Part shown: piece by piece, positions 28,126 to 43,444 of the stretch | Layout: the number at the start of each line of letters is the position of its first letter | How positions within the stretch are numbered: the first letter of the stretch is position 1 | Origin: Octopus vulgaris | Lineage: Eukaryota | DNA length: 64,000 nucleotides | Direction: 5' to 3' | Assembly (NCBI GenBank): GCA_951406725.2 | Contig: OX597817.1 | Location: forward strand, 87,358,001-87,422,000 | Position numbers and translations under genes: made by a program | Notes under the pieces: generated by a model | Database searches by the model: none | The model's input: only the letters and a program-made list of their open reading frames with translations | What the model was told of the DNA's origin: nothing

Positions 28126-28629
28126 TAACACTTAGTCGCACAAATTACATCACTAAGTGAATTTTCATTCAGCCAAACTCTTTCTAAATTTGCTTCAATA
28201 TATTTTCCTCGAGTGTAACAAGTTGCATAATTTATCCAGGTGTCAAAAAAGTAACGTGAGCTTTAGTTGGTTCCCCTGTGTCACCATCATTATTGCAAAT
28301 AGTAACGTCACTAAACTATACCGTATACCCGTGTACTATATCATGTACTGCACTAAACTACATCTTGTATTTACCAAGTAATTATTTCACAATTTTACTT
28401 TTCCCGGTGAGTCTAAAATTAGTGTGTGTGTGTGTATGAGTATGCGTGAATGCGCGTGTATAATCATCAGTTTCAATATAATATTAATTTTGAAATTGAA
28501 AAATCAAAAGTGCCAAATGGTTCTTTAGGAAAATCTGAAATCGAAACCGCGATCACTGATCTTAAAATTGATTGATCAGTGCATTAGTTTCAATTTGCAC
28601 TTTTCAATTCTCTTGATTAGCAAGTCATA

Positions 28630-31525
28630 ACGAATCGCCCGAGGAACTCTTGGTGCCCGCGAGAAGAAAACTGTTAAGAAATATGTAGTGCAGAAATTAT
28701 TTTTTTAAAAATCCATTTCTGCGAAAATATTGCAGTGTTATAATAAATGCAAAATTAATAGGAAAATATTTTAATTAAAATTCTTATTAAAATCTGTTCA
28801 TGGGAGAAAGAAAGCTACTAATTATAATCCAAAGAAATTAAATAATGTTTCCAAAAGAAAACAGCAAATATTATAATGAATGTCTTTCTCTGTGCTTTTA
28901 TAACCATTAATGATTCTTCTTACTGTTTATTATACTACAAAACATTACCAATTAGTAATACGAACCTTGTTAAATTGCGACGTCATTTTGAGACTAATTA
29001 TTCAGATTTTAAAGACAAGGAAAAAAGAAATTTAAGCATGTTGAAATTTTTGAAAGGCAAAAATCATTTACAACTTTACACACAAGCGATGAAAAAACGT
29101 CACACTAACTTCTTACAAAGCAATTTATCGTATTGCGTTAGCTAGAGAAGCACGTAGATGAAGAGACGTGTGACCTTCTGCAGCAGTTGTGTGTTAAATC
29201 CTGCTGGGTGGTCTTTCAATGAAAGAAGTCATGATAGTTTAGCTTCTAATAATTGTGTTGTCGTGTTAAGGATTTATCAGTTTACTTTAAAACTGAATTG
29301 GTAACACGTCTTTTAAATTGTTTATTCGCTATACAAATGGACGAATCTATTCATTCTGGCAGAATTTGCTGTTTTGTTAGGCCTGTCAGATACAAACAAT
29401 TGACGATTTGCTCTCGTGTGGATTTTTGTGAAGCAATACATATAAGCTGAAATATTCAAATTACTGAGTAACTTTGAGGTTAACAATTTACCATTGAACA
29501 ACTCCACTGGCTGTGCAAAGAATATGCTGGGTAAAATGTAAAAATGCCGTTTCTGTAGCACAGTTTTAGGTTATTCTCACCAAACTGTACAAGAAATCAT
29601 TACACACTCCACCGTTAAATCTGTACAGATAGTCATTAGCTTTCCAACATCCAAAGTGTGCAAGTAGTTATTACATTGTCTACTATTAAACTGTACAAGA
29701 AGTTATTACATTTGCCACTGCTTTGCGCTCCTATAACCAATGATAATTCTGTTTAAAAAGTGTCCCTGATGAGACAATTAAGATTATTTTCTTTGATCAG
29801 TTTGGACCTTTGAACACACAACTTCTCAGTATCCTGTGTGATGAGAGGGAAAGTGTCTTCAAAGCCCTGCATAAAATGGTTGTCTCGTATGAAGATACCG
29901 GTGGGGCTATTTTAAGTAAGAGATGATGTAACAGCAAATATTCATGGAACATAATTTCTTTTCAAAAGAGGGATTAGCGCAAACTTTTGTTACTTATAGA
30001 TGGTTATTTGGCTGAAATATATTTTTTTCAAAATGAATGAAGTTAACATTTTCATTACAAGAGAAACAAGTAAAAATTTTTGGTGACAATGATACAGTGG
30101 AAACCATCAATTAGAAATTAAAATTTTGGAAAACTGGAATACAAAACTGTGCCCTTGACATTTTCCCTATTTAAAAAAGAATGTTTCAAATAGACTCAAT
30201 GGTAAAATTAATGCAAATGATTTTCCAATACTTTATATTTTAATGAAGTCCATCAACATTTGGATGATCTTTGTAATTCAGCTAGTAAACACTTTGTAAA
30301 TGATCAAAGCATCATAGAACAACATTAAATTCAGACCAGGGATCACTTCAATGTCAAAGGAAGAGCACTGAATTTAAATAGAGAGGAACATGAGAAATTT
30401 ATTGGCATTCCTTCAGTTCCCACTTTACAAGAATCATTAAAAAGACTTCCATTTTCTAATGTTTGGTCCACAACAATCATAAAAAAGCTATTTGAGTATA
30501 TCACTCGCTTTTATTACGTATTTATTCGAATAGGGATTTTCTACACACACGATAATCAAAATTCATTGTCGCAATAGACAGAACGGTGAAGCAGATATGA
30601 AAATTCAAAGTTTTGACATTAAACCATACTTCAAAAAGATTTCTACAAAAATGTAACTGCTACTCATCCTAATAAATTTTCGTCCTTCTACCTTTCACAG
30701 AGGTGTTGTCCATTCTTTTGCTCGTTTGCCACCGCACAGCTTTCACTGTACCTCAACACCTTTTCTCCATGTGAAAGTGCTCCAATTTTTGGGCAATGTC
30801 ATTGGCAAACTATTCAAAACCAGATCATGGGTAGACGGCGTGTCTTAAAGTTTTGGTGAAATTTTTCACCTTATGCATGTGGAAATTTCCAAACAACCGA
30901 GAAAACTCAACTATGTGTGTTTCCACGCACTGAAGTCGCAAATAACCAGAAGGCTTGCTAAATAATTATTAATATAGATAGAAACAGTATAAATCTCACA
31001 AGGCAATCTTTATACCCAAATGAACGTGGATGTTGAGTTGAAACACGGAATACTGCGATATTTACCTTGAGAGGACCTCTCACATGGACACTAGGTGCAT
31101 AAAAGCATTCATATAAGGATTGCTTTTATATGTACTTATAGTTAACTGAATTCTGGGATAAATGTGCACTTCATTTTCATGACTTCGAGGCAGCTATAAG
31201 AGCTCGGTTCTAAGTGCACCGCTTTTTATATGAGAAAAAGCTGTAAGCTAATGAAAGTGATTCCGTAACTTCTGCCCTTTTGTCATTCATTAATTCACAC
31301 AAACACACGAGCATGCATGTAATATATACATGTGTGAGTGTGTGTGTTTATGTGTGTGTGTGCGTGCGTGTAACATACATATTGTTTCTGAAAACATGGG
31401 ATGGCTTACCAATTCAGTAGCACCGCCAAATCAGCATAAAAATAAAAATAACTCATTTTGGTCTCCTGCGCATAACATTTGAAAACATGAAGTAGTCCTC
31501 GAGGAAAAAGGTTTGGGAACCAATG
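28630..31525 (+). mobile_element. Decayed hAT (Buster/Charlie-type) DNA transposon with internal insertions
   Basis: Fragments KLRRHFET (BED-finger region), FAIQMDES, DETIKII..GPLNTQLLSILCDE..FKAL; Charlie-like 3' TIR ggtttgggaaccaatg at 31510-31525; 5' end uncertain. Confidence 0.7.
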
Positions 31526-31539
31526 CTCCTGATATGTGC

Positions 31540-31657
<118 letters not shown>

Positions 31658-31779
31658 ATTATCTATACTATGTTTGTGAGTCTATTACAAACTGATTAAT
31701 TCCAAATGTTACTTATATAAACTTCACTGCCGGCTGCTTCATACATAAAACATATAGTCTATTTTCCACCATCATTTCC

Positions 31780-32480
31780 CCATTGTCATCACATTATTGA
31801 TTTTCACACGTTCTGTCTCCTTTGACAAGATCTCATTGCAACCATTATCTCTTAACTTGCAAATGATTTCGGTGCGTTGTCTAATAGTGACAACATTATA
31901 AAACCAAACGTTCACATATCATAATATGTTTTCTTTGCTTGTATCATTCACTCCTGCATTCATACAGCCACACATTTGTCTCCTTTGACATCGGGTTACC
32001 ATTTTTTTTTAGTATTAGACATCATCGTGTCATCTGCAGCTAGCAGTACAGTCAACTTAGTCGACTGATCTTCATCACATTTCTCTCTTCTCTTCTTTAT
32101 ATCCTATTGATTCTTCCACGTGTTTAACAAATGGTTCTAACATTACTTGTTTAGTTCAAAAACACGATAGAGCTGTTATTAAATTTTGATAAGAATGTCA
32201 CATATCGAGACATTTTCTCTTTTCACTGCTGTCATCACTTCTTTGACAGATGACGCTAGAGATCAAATTTTACATTTGTTCATCAGACTCTGCGGTTTTA
32301 TCTCCTGTCGATATCGTCGTGTTATTTATCTGTTTGACATTACTCTAACCTTTCACTTATTGATTTTACATCCCTCAAAGTCCGTTCGAATTTTGCAGGA
32401 AACCTTAAAAAAATCCTCCTTGTCCAAACATTCTTGGAAATGTCATTTCTTTGCTCACTGTTAAATCAGTTCATTCTCTT
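31780..32480 (-). mobile_element. Decayed LINE RT fragment (RTE-like)
   Basis: Minus-strand LLAADDTMM (FADD motif) at ~32020-32048 and SKETNVWLYE. Confidence 0.5.
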
Positions 32481-33246
32481 CATATGAAATCTTTAACCCC
32501 CATCTCTGCCTCTCTCGTTCTCTCTCCCCCTCTTTCTTTCTGTCGTTACACATCGTCTCTTTTTCTCATTCCCTCAATCATATATATCTCAAAACATATA
32601 TCCTAGCTACTGTTATTTCTCCGGTTTATTTGTGTATCAACTTTGTCCCTTCTTTAAATATTCCTCTTCACGTTATTTGAACGCTGAAATGTGCGACAGA
32701 GATTTAACACAACGTAATTCCGCGGAGGATTCTGTGTTATTCTATTAATTCTTAAGAGAATAATTGTTTTACACAGGCTTGGGATGGGAAATAAAGACGA
32801 GAATGGTGTTCATGTTCCTTTTGTCAGCATTACCAATGGACATAAAGTGAAAAACTCCAAAAAAAGGATCCAGATTCTATCATGTTCCAGGTTATCAGGA
32901 GAAATAACCATTACTCACCGTAGAATAAGGGTGGTATAGGGTCTGGATATCACCCACACTAGAAAGAACCTGCCAAGCGAACTGGTAGCCACTCAAATTA
33001 GAGTAATAGTTGCATGAGAGCTGACTAGCACTACATAAAGTGCAGGTTCTACACGAGGCATAACCATCACTCTCCCTAGAGTGTCGTTTCTACATACAAC
33101 CAGCACTCTAAAGTGCTGGTTGTATGACAGCCGGCGCCATTCATCCTAGAATGCTGGTTCCAAGACAACTGGTCACCACTCCACAATGAGTGCTTGCCCT
33201 AACCTAATTTAATCCCAGTGTATTATTGAAGCTATTTTATAGACAT

Positions 33247-33408
33247 TGGATTCGAGTGTAGTAAGAAGGTTGCTTTCCAACCGCAGGGTCAAGGGTTCAG
33301 CCCCACTGCATGACACCTTGCGCACATGTCTTCTACTATATTCTAGGGCCGACTATAGTCTTGTGGATAGATTTGGTAGATGGAATCTGAAAGAAGTGCG
33401 TCGTATAC

Positions 33409-33467
<59 letters not shown>

Positions 33468-33690
33468 TGTGTGTGTGTGTATGTGCCTATGTGTCTGTGT
33501 TCATCCCTCACCACCGCTAGAAAACCGGTGATAATGCATTTATGTCACCGTAACTTAGCGGGTCGGCTAAAGAGACCGAATAATCAGTACCAGGCTTAAA
33601 AAATAACTACTAGGGTCAATTCAGTCGAGTAAAAATTCTTCAAGGCGGTGCCCTAGCATAGCCGCAGGCTGATGGCTGAAACAATTAAAA
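33247..33690 (+). mobile_element. SINE family A
   Basis: Head gtgtagtaagaaggttgctttccaacc..gggttcagcccc, internal (TG)n, tail ggcggtgccctagcatagccgcag. Confidence 0.8.
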
Positions 33691-33738
33691 AAACATACAC
33701 GCACACACACACACATACGCAAGCACGTACACACCGCA

Positions 33739-33791
<53 letters not shown>

Positions 33792-34620
33792 TGTCTTATG
33801 GTACCATTTTATGTAGTTCTGAAAAGCTATAAGAAACCAAATATATACACTGCTCACTGCAACTTCTTTTATCAATTCCGAAGGAGTGAAAAACAAAGGT
33901 GACCCCAAAGAACGGACAGAACTAACATTAAAGCACTCTGTTTAACACATTATTACTTCTGTCATTCCAGCGTCGTAAAAGATAAATTAGAACCAATAAA
34001 ATAATAGAAGAGTAGTGTTGGAAAGCAATGAATAAGTTTCTTGTAAGCAGCATATATCTTGGGCATTTTCTCCTTTGTAAATATAAAAATCTAATCATTC
34101 GTTTGAAAGAATATAGGAGTTGGTGTTCGCTACACAGAAGCAATTATCAAAACATTAAAATTACAATAAACGACTGTTTTTCTCTAATTCCTGGTCTATT
34201 ATCATATTCTTCCTCCTGACATGTAAACACAGATACGATGGTGCAATTCAGGAATTTACCCATAACCACGTTCTTTCCTAGTTCTGTACGACTCTGGAAA
34301 CACATCTTCTCCCAAACGTTCGATTGCTCAATATCTTGCGAGTGGAATTTGCTTGACAGAAATTGTGCAAAAGCTCATAGTGCATTAGTATGTGTATGTG
34401 TGTGTATGTATATATATTGAGCGTGCACATATATATCTATGTGTATGTATATTTCGCCGCCCCGTTGTTTATCGACGTTGGATATAAACATCGGTTAGAC
34501 AACAAAAGCAGCGCTGCTTCACGAGCAGTGATTCAGACATTTCGTTGTCACTCACGTTTTCGGAAATACCGTAATTAGTTCATTGAAAATCTATAACTAC
34601 GATGCTGTTGTTTACTAATT

Positions 34621-34651
<31 letters not shown>

Positions 34652-34658
34652 CAGTAGC

Positions 34659-34735
<77 letters not shown>

Positions 34736-34821
34736 AAAGATGAAGAAGAAGAAGAAGAAGAAGAAGAAGAAGAAGAAGAAGAAGAAGAAGAAGAAGAAGA
34801 AGAAGAAAAAGAAGAAGAAGA
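34621..34821. repeat. (CAG)n(TAG)n(GAA)n compound microsatellite
   Basis: Directly visible. Confidence 0.95.
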
Positions 34822-34881
34822 CAACTTTGTTCCGCTCAGATCCTCAGGGTAACACTCAATCATGGTTGTATCGGCGTCATC

Positions 34882-35050
34882 TACGAGGGTATACTAAAAA
34901 GTTCATAGGCTGATTGTGAAGGAGTGATGCTGGAGCTGCGAAATCTTGCATCCATTCATTTCAACGCTTCTTATTAATAACTGCATTGTTTTTTTTTCCC
35001 AAGCAAACTGACATTTATTCAAAGAAGTCTTCAAAAGTAATTGCATGCAA
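34882..35050 (+). mobile_element. Mariner-type terminal fragment
   Basis: TA-CGAGGG..CTAAAAAGTTC resembles mariner TIRs; no partner TIR seen. Confidence 0.45.
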
Positions 35051-35179
35051 AGTGTTTGCTACGCTGTCATTTTTTATTCACTTCTTGATCACAAAATTTT
35101 GTCTGACCTCAAAATAAGCCATTTGGTTTTGACGTTCGTTATATCATATATTTCATTATTAGATGTTATGTTATGGTAA

Positions 35180-35368
35180 TGCGTTTGTTTTTCTACCACA
35201 CGGTTCCGGATTCGTCTGTTTTTATGTTCTGAGTTCAAATTCCACCGCGATCGACTTTACGTTTCATTCTTTCGGGATCGATGAAAATAAGTACCAGTTG
35301 AACATTGGAGTTGGTGTAATCGACTTACCTTGAAGTTGCTAGCCTTGTGCACAAATTTGAAATCAATA
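35180..35368 (+). mobile_element. SINE family B fragment
   Basis: gttctgagttcaaattccaccgcgatcgactttac..aagtaccagttg. Confidence 0.7.
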
Positions 35369-37996
35369 TCCCTGCTCACTAAAAAATATTGTTCTATAAC
35401 CCCGAGGATAGTCTGGTTGAGCGGGTTGATCGCCCATTAAGCCTCTATCAAGCATAAATATCAGGAATTTCACTAATCAATGTCTTTTTTAAAATAGTAA
35501 AATCTGATCAGAATGAAATATGTCGAGTAACGGCGTTGAAACCGGAAAAGAGAAGTGGGAAATATATTAGAACAAATGCTTTGGTGCAATTGAACCTTTA
35601 GGTTGTGAGTTTAAAATACGTTATGTCTAGGTAAGAATAAGAGACGTCATTAAATAACATTGCTTCCAGATGCAATCATATATTCATGAAATCGACTTAG
35701 TTCACAATTTTGATTTATATCTTATTGTTGCAACTTAAATGCTAATTGGCGCTCCCTGGGGGAATTTATGTAAACCGGATGCGGTTTTCTGTCACTGTAA
35801 TTTAATCCATTTCCAAGAACGCATTCAAGCAAATTCTCTTCGTGTAAAAAATTAACAATAATCATATAAGGAAAGTGTGTGTATTGGTGGGAAAGGTGCT
35901 GGGAAAGGTGCTGAAGAAGGTAAGTTGGAAATTAAAGAAAAGAAAAGTAATGTGCGGAATGAACGAAAAAAAAAATTCCGAATTATTAATGAAATGGATT
36001 TGAAGACTAAAAACAAAGAATAATAAAAATACTGATTAACAAACAGTTATCAGAATTATGTGATGAAAATAAATATTAATGAAAGAAGCGAAATGTTGTT
36101 GGAAATATAAAGGAGAAATTGAAAAAGATTACGAAAAGGATGAAAAGAAAAACAAATAAAATATAGAAAAGCTAAGCTAAAAACAAATGGCAATGAAGAG
36201 AAAAAGGTAGTTAAGAAGGTAAAAGGAGAGAGGAAAAGAGAAAACACCGAAAGCGAAGAAAAACGGAGAAGGTAAAGATGAAAAAGAAAGAAAATAAAAA
36301 GAAGAGGTTGAAATAATTTTCCTAACTACATCTTTAATAAACTAAGATGGCTGAAATCAGTTTCATAGATTTCAATTTTCAATTTAGTAATTACAATGGA
36401 ACAAATGAAAAATATTGAAACTATTCATCGAACAGACGAATATGAGAATGAACTGATAATATCTGAAGAAAATTAATTTTTAAGATCACATCAAATCAAA
36501 GAGAAAATTGAACGAAAGTAAGTAATTAAGTGACGTAATTGCAACAGAAATATTTTATGCATTCAGTGCAAATGTCTGATTTTATAGATTTAGTTAAATT
36601 GTGTTGAACAAAAAGGCCTTACAGCTTTCAGACACGATTTACTTTCTAACTTCAAATCCTTTTAAAGAGAGGGTTGTCTTTGATTTTTTTCATCTTTCTC
36701 TGGTTGATAAAATATAGTGTTAGTTGAGTTAATTCGATATACCTCTCGATTAAAGGATTATATACTTCAGTTAAGTAGACTATATTAATAAATTAACTCC
36801 AACTTAGCTTTCCCTAAAATACTCTTCGTTGTGTCTCTGTTTCTTTGCGAAATCTGGGAGAAAACCTGGCATCTCTTATTTCTAGTAGAGGCGACAAAGC
36901 GGCTATGAATATTGAAAGCCTATAACTAGAAACAAACCTGAGTTTAAACCCAAACTAAGAAATTTAAAATTCGCTGGGAGAGAGGGTCTAAAACCAGTGC
37001 AAACTCGTTTTACACCCCCCACCACATACACACCCCTCTCTATCTCCCCCCACACACACACACCAATTGAAGTGCTTCGTATACTCAATATGTATAGTGT
37101 AGTATCATTTCGCATTAGTTTACATGATTTGTGATATCAGTGTATTGAGTGCTCGCATTTATGCATGTAGTCAGACCGTCAACGTGGAGGAAAGAAATGT
37201 ATCGTTCGATTTTAGTGTAATATAGAATGCTAAGACATCAAGTAGTAAAAATTCTTATTACAGAGTGTGTATGATGATTGTAAAAATATTTTGTTATGCA
37301 AATGAGCTTTGTTAATGTTGTTAATGTTTAACTGCAAAATTTTCAGACTTCTTTGTTTCTCTGTGTTTACATTGAGTGCAAAGCTGTGGTATTGGAAACA
37401 GAGATAGTATAATGTTACTTTCTGTCAGTATTGTTGCTGTTGTTGGCGTTATTGTCATTGCAATATTTGTAAATTTTTAAATTGAGTTGTTTCTTATGGT
37501 TAAGTACTTAATAGACTTTGTAAGAAGGTTTTGAGGTTTTAGGAGTCAGATTCTTTCTCCGACGATATACTGAGAGAAGCATTTCTGGTTGGCGAGTGTT
37601 AATCATTAGACCGACATTCCAACAGTGACTAACTTGTCTTGATTTTTGTTATATTATATCTAGTGTAGTTTATCATGTATATTTAATCCACTTAAACGTA
37701 GGTAGGGTAATATTTGTTGTGCATTTGGGTAGATTCTTGCAGATGGAGCGACCATATATAGAGGTAGCCCCGCTGATTTCACTTAAATAATATCATTAAT
37801 ATAGGTGACGGAGAAATTAAATTGAAAATTTTATATTCAGACTTTTGTCAAATATAATTACTTTTATAATAGATATCTGGTATATAAATAAGGTATCTTT
37901 CAAGTAGCTTAATATTTAATGAAGAGGAGAAAGCGGAGATCGAATGTCGAAAGATGAATAGATAAAAAAAAAAAAACAGTCGTGGATGCACATATA

Positions 37997-38081
<85 letters not shown>

Positions 38082-38710
38082 ATATTCTCAAAGTTAATTT
38101 AATTAAGGAAGGACAAAGGAATTCGTAGAAACATGAAGAATGAAATATATTTCAATTGAAGAAAAGTAATACATGCCATAATTGAAAATAAAAAAAAACG
38201 CTATTTGGAGAACATATTTTGAAATAAGGAGTACACCCATTTAAGACATATACAGATATACACACACACACAGACGGCCAAATATATGATCGTCTGTGTA
38301 GATATGAGTATTTTATAACAATACATATTTAGAAATATTGCAGCTTCTTACTCTTGTATATGTACATAAGGAATGAGTATTTGATGTATATTGAGGTGTA
38401 TTTTAACATGAGTATAAATAAAAATAAAAATAAGTAAATACACTGACGCATATAAAAATGTGCGTATATAAGTGTGTATTTAGGAACATACACACATATA
38501 CATGTGTGTACGCCTTTAAGCATGTGTATACGAATTTGCATGTGTTTGCGCCTTTGTGTCTATAAGTTATATACTAAAATGTACAAGATAGCAGTTTCTA
38601 ATCAGTTTCTTCTGCCAGTTCATCAGATTGAGATGCAGTGCATTAAGATATTTAATTTATTTCCTTAAAATTATGAGACTATTGCAATAACTCTCAGTAA
38701 TTGGGATATT

Positions 38711-38939
38711 CTTTTATTTGTTTCAGTCATTTGATTGGTGCCATGCTGGGGAACCACTTTTAAGGGTCTTTTTTAGTTGAAGAAATCGATCCAAGGACTT
38801 ATACTATGTAAGCCTAGTACTTATCAGTTTCTTTTGGCGAACCGCTACGTTACGGGGACGTAAACACTCCAGCATCGGTTGTCAAGTGATGGTGGGGGAC
38901 AAACACAGACACAAAGACACACATACATAAATCTATACA

Positions 38940-38984
<45 letters not shown>

Positions 38985-39575
38985 GACGGGCTTTTTTCTG
39001 TTTCCGTCAACCGAATCCACTCACAAAGTTTTGGTCGGTGGTCGGCCCGAGGCAATAGTATAAGACACTTGCCCAAGGTGTCACGCAGAGGGACTGAACC
39101 CGGAATCATGTGGTTGGGAAGCAAGCAGCTTATTTCTTTACTGCCCACAAGGGGCTAAACACAGAGGGGACAAACAAGGACAGTGGGACTAAGTCGATTA
39201 GATCGACCCCAGTGCGTAACTGGTACTTAATTTATCGACCCCCGAAAGGTTGAAATGCAAAGTCAACCTCGGCGGGATTTGAACTCAGAACGTAAAGGTA
39301 GACGAAATACCTATTTCTTTACTACCCACAAGAGGCTAAACACAGAGGGGACAAACAAGGACAGACAGACGGATTAAGTCGATTACATCGACCCCAGTGC
39401 GCTACTGGTACTTAATTTATCGACCCCGAAAGGATGAAAGGCAAAGTTGACCTCGACGGAATTTGAACTCAGAACGTAACGGCAGACGAAATACGGCTAC
39501 GCATTTCGCCCGGCGCGCTAACGTTCCTGCCAGCTCGCTGCAAGCTCCTCTTACCACACAGCCACGCTAGCGCCT
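38711..39575 (-). mobile_element. SINE family A with a nested family B dimer
   Basis: Family A head is split at gcaagc (39121-39126 and ~39540-39546, possible TSD). Confidence 0.85.
39130..39540 (-). mobile_element. SINE family B dimer (nested)
   Basis: Reverse-complement match to 19456-19870, including the junction. Confidence 0.9.
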
Positions 39576-39726
39576 AAATACCTTTAATGTACTGCTTCAT
39601 CGAGTTGTCTCTTTCTTGGTTTTATGTGCTCGTAAACCATAAACCCCACTGAACTACATATACAAACATTTATATGTGTATTTGCTTGTTTTTATGTGTC
39701 TGATAGTATGCACACGCACACATGCA

Positions 39727-39774
<48 letters not shown>

Positions 39775-39794
39775 AAATATATAGATATACATTA

Positions 39795-40165
39795 AATAGC
39801 ATCGTTCTACCTGTGCTCTATCCGACCGTTCTATCATTCTACTTGAGACATGGTTGAAGATCAGCGAATGGCTATGACACAGAGAACCATGGAATGATCC
39901 ATGTGGGAGATATTTCGTGAACGAAGTGGCGTGGGTGACATAACCTTAGGATACCAAAAGCACAAATTTCACTGGGCTTAAAAGGTTTACGAACAACACG
40001 TGAACCCATGTAGTTTGTCGAGAAATATTCGAGCGATTGAAAGAGACCACTGAGATGGCCTCCAGGACGATGGGTAGACGATATAGTTAATCAATCGGGG
40101 CCTAAATGGAAGAGAAGTGGAGCACAATCGAGGGAGGAATTAACGCACATTGTAGCCAGTGATGT
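39795..40165 (+). mobile_element. RTE LINE 3' fragment
   Basis: IVLPVL..ETW..KRPLRWPPGRWVDDI..KWKR (cf. KRxxGRPxxRWxDDI). Confidence 0.6.
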
Positions 40166-40815
40166 ATAAGCACATCTGATATGCTGGTCGATAAACTATA
40201 TATATCACTTATATTTACATCTGTCTATGAATACGTATCCATATGTAGATAGATAGATAGTTAGATATACATATACATATACATATATATGCATGCATTA
40301 TTTATGTGTGCATGTATGAACTTGCATGTATTCAGAGTACTTCAAAATTTCGCTAAATTACTGATACTAAATTTTGCATAAATACAGCTATATCAATATA
40401 AATATACATACACCTACATACATACATACATACATACATACATACATACATACATACATACATACATACATGCATATATACATACATACATGTACACACG
40501 CACGCACGCACACACATGCATACACACACGAATATATATATACAGATATATATATCGTTGCTATTATGCAAAGTTTCGTAAGTCCAAAACGCTGCTTTTC
40601 CAGAAAACGAAAAAATAGTTTTACCATTCCATAGCAAAAGTGTCGTACTACACATTCACAATTTTTGATATCTTGACACTTGAAGCATCTGGAGATACGA
40701 TAGTTTGACCAAAAGAACCGGATATTGCAAGCAAAAATAAATATTGAAAAAACGACGCATTCAGCCAAATTTGGACAAACGACAGTTTAACATTATACCA
40801 TTATATGTGTGTGTT

Positions 40816-40851
<36 letters not shown>

Positions 40852-41064
40852 TGTGTGTGTGTGTGTGTGTTTGATTTGTGTGTGTACATATGTATGTATA
40901 TACGACAAACTTCTGTAAATTTCAATTACAAGGTATGCTCAACATGACGAAATGAATGTAGAAGACACTTCCTATGAAATCGTCTGCAGAACACCTAATT
41001 GCGAGGCGAACTCATTAATATCGCACTCACGCACGCACGCGCACGCACACACACACACACACTC

Positions 41065-41112
<48 letters not shown>

Positions 41113-41667
41113 TCAGACATTCACTCATTCTCTCTATCTCTCTCTCTCTCTCACACACACACTCAGACATTCACTCATTCTCTCTATCTCTATCTCTCTC
41201 ACACACACACAAACATATATGTGTGCTTGTCTGTGTATGTGTGTGCATGCATGTATATTTAGACACAATGAAAGAGAAAGAAAAAAGAGAGGAATGGAGA
41301 GTGAGAAAATGAATATTTAATAATGTTTTTTTCTAAGATTCAGTTGACAATCGGTAAATGTTTGTAGCGAATGGATAAATGTTCGAGGCTGTTAGTTGAG
41401 ATATAAAATCTTTGGAAAGACACCTTGAATACAAAGTTATGGGAGAAATTAATCAATAACACACGCACACACAAAATATACACACATATAATAAATAAGT
41501 GAATCAATTTATAAATAAAATCAATATTGAAAGAATAAATTATTAGAAATATATATATTTTTTTATCTCAGCAAGAATATTCATACATACATGCATACAT
41601 ACATGCATGCATACATACATACAAAGATACATACACACATATATATATACAGTTATATATGTGAATG

Positions 41668-41758
<91 letters not shown>

Positions 41759-42221
41759 CTATCTATGTATGTATGTGTGCATGTATGTATATTGTTAGAA
41801 TGAAAAATTATTAATGGAAAACGGAACAGAATCAAATTTATAAGAAATATTGGAGAGATAAAGTTAGTGTAATGATTGTTCGGTTATAGAAAAGCCACCA
41901 CAAATAATAAATTAAAGATGGATGATGATCACTTACTGTGTGTGGATATAGAGACATATAAATATGGAAGAAAAGTATGTGTGTAGGACATTTAGCTTTG
42001 TGCCATATGATAGGGAGTACAGAGTACTGGCTCTGAATGGTATGTAAAGTGAACACTGGAATATAGGAGACGTGTGATGTGTATTAAAACACATAAATAC
42101 TATTGGGTATTAAACAGAGGGAATGGGGATGTCATCATTGTCAGCTATTATTTGAATTAATTTTTCAGTAGGCAGAAGTTACAAAAATATTTAGAAAATA
42201 CAGGCGATGCAGTTAGAGTAG

Positions 42222-42396
42222 GATCTCTTGCTTGTAAAGTTATCTGGTGAAAGCAACGGTATGTTGCGATCTTGTTCAATCTCAACAGCGAAACATATGT
42301 ATCTCAATGTGTGAGATGAATATGTTTCGCTGTTGAGATTTAACAAGATCGAAATATACTGTTGTTTTCACCAGATGGTTTTACAGCCAAGAGATC
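42222..42396. repeat. 85-bp-arm inverted repeat with a 5-nt loop at the mariner 5' region
   Basis: 42222-42306 versus 42312-42396, 12 differences, no indels. Confidence 0.9.
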
Positions 42397-42411
42397 ACTA
42401 TCCACCCTCAC

Positions 42412-43444
42412 TTGGAACAAAGAGCCAACGTGAAATTTTGCGTTAGACTTGGGAAGTCTGCTACAGAAATATTGAGCATGCTTCGGCAAGCTTACGGCGA
42501 CGAGGCAATGGGTAGTGCGGAATGTTTCGAGTGGCACGGGCGCTTCAAAAGGAGAAGAACGTCCTTGGAAGACGATGAGCGATCTGGAAGTCCTGCCACG
42601 AGCGTCCCCCTCGGAAATGTGGAGGAAATTAATGAGTTTGTGCATGAAGATCGTTGGAGAACAATTAACGACATTGCTGATGTTGGTCTGTCGTATGGGT
42701 CCGTGCAGGCAATCTTAACATTGGAATTGAATTTGCAGCGTGTCTCTGTTAAGTTTGACCCCCTCCTGCTGACCACTGAGCAGAAAGAACATCATGTCGA
42801 AGTTTCTCAATATCTCCGTCAGCGTGCCGCTGATCACCCGTCTGTCATGTCGAGCATCCTCACAATTAATGAGAATTAGGTCTACGGGTTCGACCCTCAG
42901 ACGAAGCAGCAGTCGTCACAATAGAAGAGCTCCACGACTGCAGAAGGCATAACAGAACAGCAACTCAATCAAGAGCGTGGTCATCGTTTTTCTCGACATC
43001 TACAGTATTGTGCATCGAGAATTCGTCAACCAGGGCCAGACCGTCAATCGAAAGTTCTACTGCAACGTTTTGAAGTGGATTGCGAAGAATTGGATTCTTC
43101 ACGACGACAATGCCCTCTGTCAACGAGCTCTCTTCACACGTGATTTTCTCACCAAAACCACGTTATCGCCAGATTTGGCACCTGAGGACTTCTATCTCTT
43201 CCTCACGATGAAAATACAGCTCAAAGGCCACCGATTTAACACCGTTGTCGAGATCAAGAGCGAATCATAAACAATCTTCGACTCGCTTAGGGAAAACGGC
43301 TTCCAGGAAGGATTCCAAGAGTGGCAGGAATGCTGGTACCAGTGTATTGCTGTGCAAGGTAACTATTTCGAAAGAGATAATGTTAAAACTTAGGTAAATA
43401 AGTTATCTTTTACTAAACATAACTAGTCTGGGAACTTTTTGATA

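Noticed and set aside
33095-33128. Short hairpin catacaaccagcact/agtgctggttgtatg
   Set aside because: Arises in a locally repetitive decayed element; single instance with no supporting context.
34602-34913. Poly-S/poly-K ORF
   Set aside because: Compound trinucleotide microsatellite.
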